DNA of 27,228 nt from IMG/VR virus record IMGVR_UViG_3300025375_000017, positions 1-27,228 of that record. One strand, given 5' to 3'. The notes under the pieces were generated by a model, which made no database searches, was not told the DNA's origin, and saw nothing but the letters and a program-made list of their open reading frames with translations. This stretch comes from a virus (lineage: Duplodnaviria; Caudoviricetes). This document shows, one piece after another, positions 23,616-27,228 of the stretch (position 1 is its first letter; each line of letters starts with the position of its first letter). The position numbers and the translations under genes were made by a program.

Positions 23616-23661
23616 TAAGACGGGTGTGGAATTTTCCAAGAATCTTACAGATTTCAGACTG

Positions 23662-23777
23662 CGGGACAGGGAAGACACAGAAGACAGGGTATGTTTACTC
23701 TTTATTATATTTTTTTAAATTAAATTAAAAATTAAAAAATAAGTATATATACCCTGTCTTCTATGTCCATCCTGTCC
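23662..23777. repeat. Origin-like element B (inverted paralogue of element A) upstream of the primase-helicase
   Basis: GACAGGGAA-GACACAGAA-GACAGGGTA, AT-rich core, TACCCTGTC-TTCTATGTC-CATCCTGTC. Confidence 0.75.
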
Positions 23778-23895
23778 TTTTCAAACTTTTAGTTATATAG
23801 GATGAGTTTTTTATACATTTTAGCTATATAGTTAACATTTTTTTGATTTCGTCCGGGCATTTCATATACAATAGGAAAAACGGAAAGGAATCCTC

Positions 23896-26226
23896 GTGCA
23901 AAAACCTGCAGCACTACCAGTTCAGTTTTCCAACATCCCCATGGAGCTAAAGAGAATCCCCCGCTGGGTTCTATGGCGGCACACCGAAGTGGGTGAAGAA
24001 GGAAACAAACGCTGGTCTAAATTACCAATTCAAGCATCGGGGCAATCTGCCTCATCAACCAACCCAACAACATGGGCAGACTTTCTCACAGTACAAGCTG
24101 CCTATGAGTCCAACCCAGACCGCTTTTCCGGCGTCGGTTTTGTCTTCTCCGAAGACGATAACCTCATTGGGGTGGACTTGGATGACTGCTATGATGTCAC
24201 ATTGCAGAGTTTCACAAATGCTGCAATGCAGCATATTGCTACATCAATTAACGGCTACATGGAGGTTAGTCCATCTGGCACGGGTGTAAAGATCTTTACT
24301 AGGGGCTCTATAAAGACAGCTCACGTTGACCATTCGATTGGGTTTGAGTGTTACCCGCATGGCCGCTACTTTACAGTAACAGGTCAGCTCATCTCAGGCA
24401 CCATCCCAAGTGAGGAGCAAGACTTATCCACCATCATTCCTGACAGAACAGTTCACATTACTGGGGATGACTTTGCTGACTACAAACCCCCTGTGCCAGA
24501 CTACGACCTAGCTAGAGTGGAGACAGAGATCTTAGCGCACCTACCATCTACCAACTGCGGGTACACAGACTGGATGGCAGTCGGTTACGCATTGCACCAC
24601 CAATTCAGAGGTGACCCTGAGGCTTGCGAGTTATGGGATCGCTGGTCTTACGCAGACGGAGCATCACCAGAGTATCAGGCAATCGGTGAGATGTCCTGCC
24701 ATTACAAATGGGGCACATTTAAACGGGAGTCAGGCTCGACATCCACACTACGCTCGCTGATCTTCAAAGTTAACATTCAAACTAGACAAGAAGCACTTAA
24801 TCGTGGAGAAATTATTGTTGATGCAGGAACAATGAACCATGCTCGCACATTCTTAGACAATCTGTTTTCATCTGAAGAAGGTTACACCTTAGTGCATTAT
24901 GCGCAGGACTTTTTTATCTATGTAGGAACCCACTATGAAATCATTGAAGAAGCAACAATTAGATCCAAGCTCTATAGCTTTTTGGATAAATGTAAAAAGG
25001 CGGGAAAGAAGGGTGCGCTCGAAAGTTTTAACCCTAGTCCAGCATCCGTCTCTGCGGCGCTCGATGCCGTTAAGTCAATCTGTCACTTGCCAAATCATCC
25101 GAACACCAAGCCTCCAATTTGGCTTGAGCAATATGCTAGAGATCAACCAGACTCTTGCGATCTTATTTCCCTTAAAAACGGAATTTTCCACCTTAAAGAC
25201 TACGTAACTATCCCTCACTCACTAGGCTTCTTTACACAGAACTCATTACCCTTTGTGTATGACCCACAAGCACAGTGCCCCACATGGATGAAGTTTTTAG
25301 ATTCTATATGGGGTGATGACCCACAATCTATCGAAGCGCTACAAGAGATGTTTGGTTATATACTATCTGGTGAGACTAAACAACAAAAGTTTTTTAACAT
25401 CATTGGGCCTCGCCGTTCAGGTAAGGGAACCATTAACAAGATCTTAGTGTCGCTGTTAGGGCAGCACAATACGGTCGCACCACAACTGGAGGAACTTTGT
25501 GATACATTTGGTTTGCAGCCTTGGCTGGGTAAGCTCCTCGCTTCTTTTACTGACGCAAGAGCACCTGAGAGAAACAGATCTGCTGTTGTATCTCAGCTTC
25601 TGCGTATTGTGGGTGGTGATACCGTTACTGTCAACCGGAAGAACAAAGAGGCTTGGTCTGGTTATTTGCCTACTCGCATTGTTGTTTACTCTAACGAGGT
25701 TCTTCAACTAACTGAGAACTCCAACGCATTGACCGGACGTATGGTAGTGTTCAAAATGTCACGTTCATTTTATGCTAAAGAAGATACAGATCTATCTGTT
25801 AAGCTAGATAAGGAATTGGCTGGCATATTTAACTGGTCAATGGCGGGGTTAAAGCGTAGACTAGCCCGTGGTGGGCACTTTATCCAGCCAGACTCAGGCA
25901 AAGATTTGCTTGAATTGATGGAAGACATCGGTAACCCAATACGCTCATTTGTATCTGAAGCATTAGAATTTGATTTAGCTGGTAGCGTATCTAAGGATGA
26001 TGTATTTACATGCTTCAAGCATTGGTCATTACGTAAGTCTTTGCCGCCAGGTAACGAACTATCGTTTAAACGTCGTTTTTTAGCTGCAACTCAAGAATAT
26101 CGTGTGGAAGCTAGCCAAGAGAAGTCAAATGGTGTTAGAATGCACATATACCGTGGAGTTAAACTTAACGAAAGAGCACAAAAGTATGTTGATAGTGTAG
26201 AATCCTTTAATGAAGAAGTCTTTTAA
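23896..26226 (+). CDS. Primase-polymerase / SF3 helicase (PrimPol + PriCT-2 + D5/P4-type helicase)
   Basis: GVDLDDC, EVSPSGTG and RYFTVTG (PrimPol); DWMAVGYALH..WDRWS (PriCT-2); LKNGIF (D5_N); Walker A GPRRSGKGT. Confidence 0.9.
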   Translation: MQKPAALPVQFSNIPMELKRIPRWVLWRHTEVGEEGNKRWSKLPIQASGQSASSTNPTTWADFLTVQAAYESNPDRFSGVGFVFSEDDNLIGVDLDDCYDVTLQSFTNAAMQHIATSINGYMEVSPSGTGVKIFTRGSIKTAHVDHSIGFECYPHGRYFTVTGQLISGTIPSEEQDLSTIIPDRTVHITGDDFADYKPPVPDYDLARVETEILAHLPSTNCGYTDWMAVGYALHHQFRGDPEACELWDRWSYADGASPEYQAIGEMSCHYKWGTFKRESGSTSTLRSLIFKVNIQTRQEALNRGEIIVDAGTMNHARTFLDNLFSSEEGYTLVHYAQDFFIYVGTHYEIIEEATIRSKLYSFLDKCKKAGKKGALESFNPSPASVSAALDAVKSICHLPNHPNTKPPIWLEQYARDQPDSCDLISLKNGIFHLKDYVTIPHSLGFFTQNSLPFVYDPQAQCPTWMKFLDSIWGDDPQSIEALQEMFGYILSGETKQQKFFNIIGPRRSGKGTINKILVSLLGQHNTVAPQLEELCDTFGLQPWLGKLLASFTDARAPERNRSAVVSQLLRIVGGDTVTVNRKNKEAWSGYLPTRIVVYSNEVLQLTENSNALTGRMVVFKMSRSFYAKEDTDLSVKLDKELAGIFNWSMAGLKRRLARGGHFIQPDSGKDLLELMEDIGNPIRSFVSEALEFDLAGSVSKDDVFTCFKHWSLRKSLPPGNELSFKRRFLAATQEYRVEASQEKSNGVRMHIYRGVKLNERAQKYVDSVESFNEEVF

Positions 26227-26458
26227 CCGCCGCAAGTTTATTAAGCGCAACGACTTCACCTCCGTGTTTGGGGGGTTTGGTCGGCGTAGGACACTTGTTA
26301 CTAGACAAAAATCAATTAGTCTAGTACTGCGCTTTAAGATGCAGCAAATCCGTAGGGCGCATCAAGGCCACCGCAACAAGACATTCGGCATGATACAAGC
26401 GCTACGCATTCGCCGTGTATACGGCAGACGTAAATCAACAGCACTATTTAGGAGATAG
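26210..26458 (+). CDS. Very basic (Arg/Lys-rich) hypothetical protein
   Basis: 82 aa; fills the gap between the primase and the next gene. Confidence 0.55.
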   Translation: MKKSFNRRKFIKRNDFTSVFGGFGRRRTLVTRQKSISLVLRFKMQQIRRAHQGHRNKTFGMIQALRIRRVYGRRKSTALFRR

Positions 26459-26459
26459 C

Positions 26460-26960
26460 ATGACAAAGCACGACAGAAGTAAGGGTGACAAACAAATTAC
26501 CCCACAAAACAAAGAGCAGTTCAACGCACAGTGGGACGCAATCTTTAAGAAGGAGCCTAAGTTATTAGCCAACCGCATCATCACACCGGACGGCACAGTG
26601 ATGCAGAGCTACAACAGACACGACTACAAGACCTACGTAGACGCCAATGGTAAGGAGTACATGATCGACGGGGGGCTAGATTACCAGCACACCAACGTGC
26701 ACGATGACGCGCCACACACAGATGCCTGCGTGTATGACACAGACCCACACGAAAAGATCCGTACTGATTTTCACTGGGGTTGTCGTGGCAAGGATGGCAG
26801 ATCACCACTGGAATACCGCCCAGTGTGCTCGCTGTCTAACATGCACATCCACAACATCCGCATGACGCAGACCCACATCCCTGAGCACATAGCCAAGGTG
26901 TTTACCGACGAGGAAATTTACCGCCGAGATAATGGTATTATGGTGGAGGATGGTGAATGA
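26460..26960 (+). CDS. Conserved phage hypothetical protein
   Basis: Start moved to MTKHDR after AGGAG; NRIITPDGTVMQS..RHDY..YMIDGGLDY motif. Confidence 0.75.
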   Translation: MTKHDRSKGDKQITPQNKEQFNAQWDAIFKKEPKLLANRIITPDGTVMQSYNRHDYKTYVDANGKEYMIDGGLDYQHTNVHDDAPHTDACVYDTDPHEKIRTDFHWGCRGKDGRSPLEYRPVCSLSNMHIHNIRMTQTHIPEHIAKVFTDEEIYRRDNGIMVEDGE

Positions 26961-27088
26961 ACATACGATTTTATAAGGCTCCGTGGTTTAAAGGCGAGCC
27001 ATTACAGTGGAACTCAGTGCGCTTTAATGGTGGCGATTTATACTATGTTTATAGATTCGGGCCAATACTTTTACAGGTGAGAAAATGA
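26957..27088 (+). CDS. 43-aa hypothetical protein
   Basis: MNIRFYKAPWFKGEPLQW...; GGAGG RBS; ATGA overlaps at both ends. Confidence 0.55.
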   Translation: MNIRFYKAPWFKGEPLQWNSVRFNGGDLYYVYRFGPILLQVRK

Positions 27089-27228
27089 ACGCATATGAAC
27101 TAGCTGACGAACTGGACAATATGCTGAAGGCTATTGGTCTTACTGACAACCGAGTTCCTACCATGCTACGCCAGCAACAAGCTGAGATAGAGTTTCTTAA
27201 AAAAGAAATACTCGCAAAGCATGAAGAT
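27085..27228 (+). CDS. Hypothetical protein (partial)
   Basis: MNAYELADELDNM...MLRQQQAEIEFLK; open to the window end. Confidence 0.6.
   Translation, partial: MNAYELADELDNMLKAIGLTDNRVPTMLRQQQAEIEFLKKEILAKHED

Noticed and set aside
14757-26808. Minus-strand ORFs within the early and replication region
   Set aside because: Antisense to a tightly packed, translationally coupled plus-strand gene array.

Overview
Part of a tailed dsDNA phage genome (Caudoviricetes; the gene style suggests a freshwater betaproteobacterial host, which is inference). Positions 1-13,710 (minus strand) are the late packaging/head module: a free-standing degenerate intein-like gene, terminase large subunit, HNH nuclease, long Gln-rich portal, GroES-like chaperonin, scaffold, major capsid protein, a second HNH, virion proteins and an SGYSG-repeat fibre. 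Four identically spaced GGGCG..TTGCATTAGT late promoters drive this module. Positions 14,557-27,228 (plus strand) are early and replication genes: SprT-like protease, MoxR-like AAA ATPase plus VWA/metallopeptidase, many small ORFs, a sigma70-like factor lacking region 4, and a PrimPol-SF3 primase-helicase. The most striking signal is non-genic and lies in a ~9.7 kb segment (about 13,980-23,650) bracketed by two mutually inverted origin-like elements. By manual count it carries 29 copies of the palindrome GTTTAAAC, against none in 1-14,000. It has no ACGT, GTAC, CCGG or GGCC sites. It begins with a dense cluster of palindromes resembling host regulator boxes (NtrC, PhaR, SlmA-like and others). 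This looks like a first-injected leading region marked for protein binding. All counts are by eye and should be recomputed.
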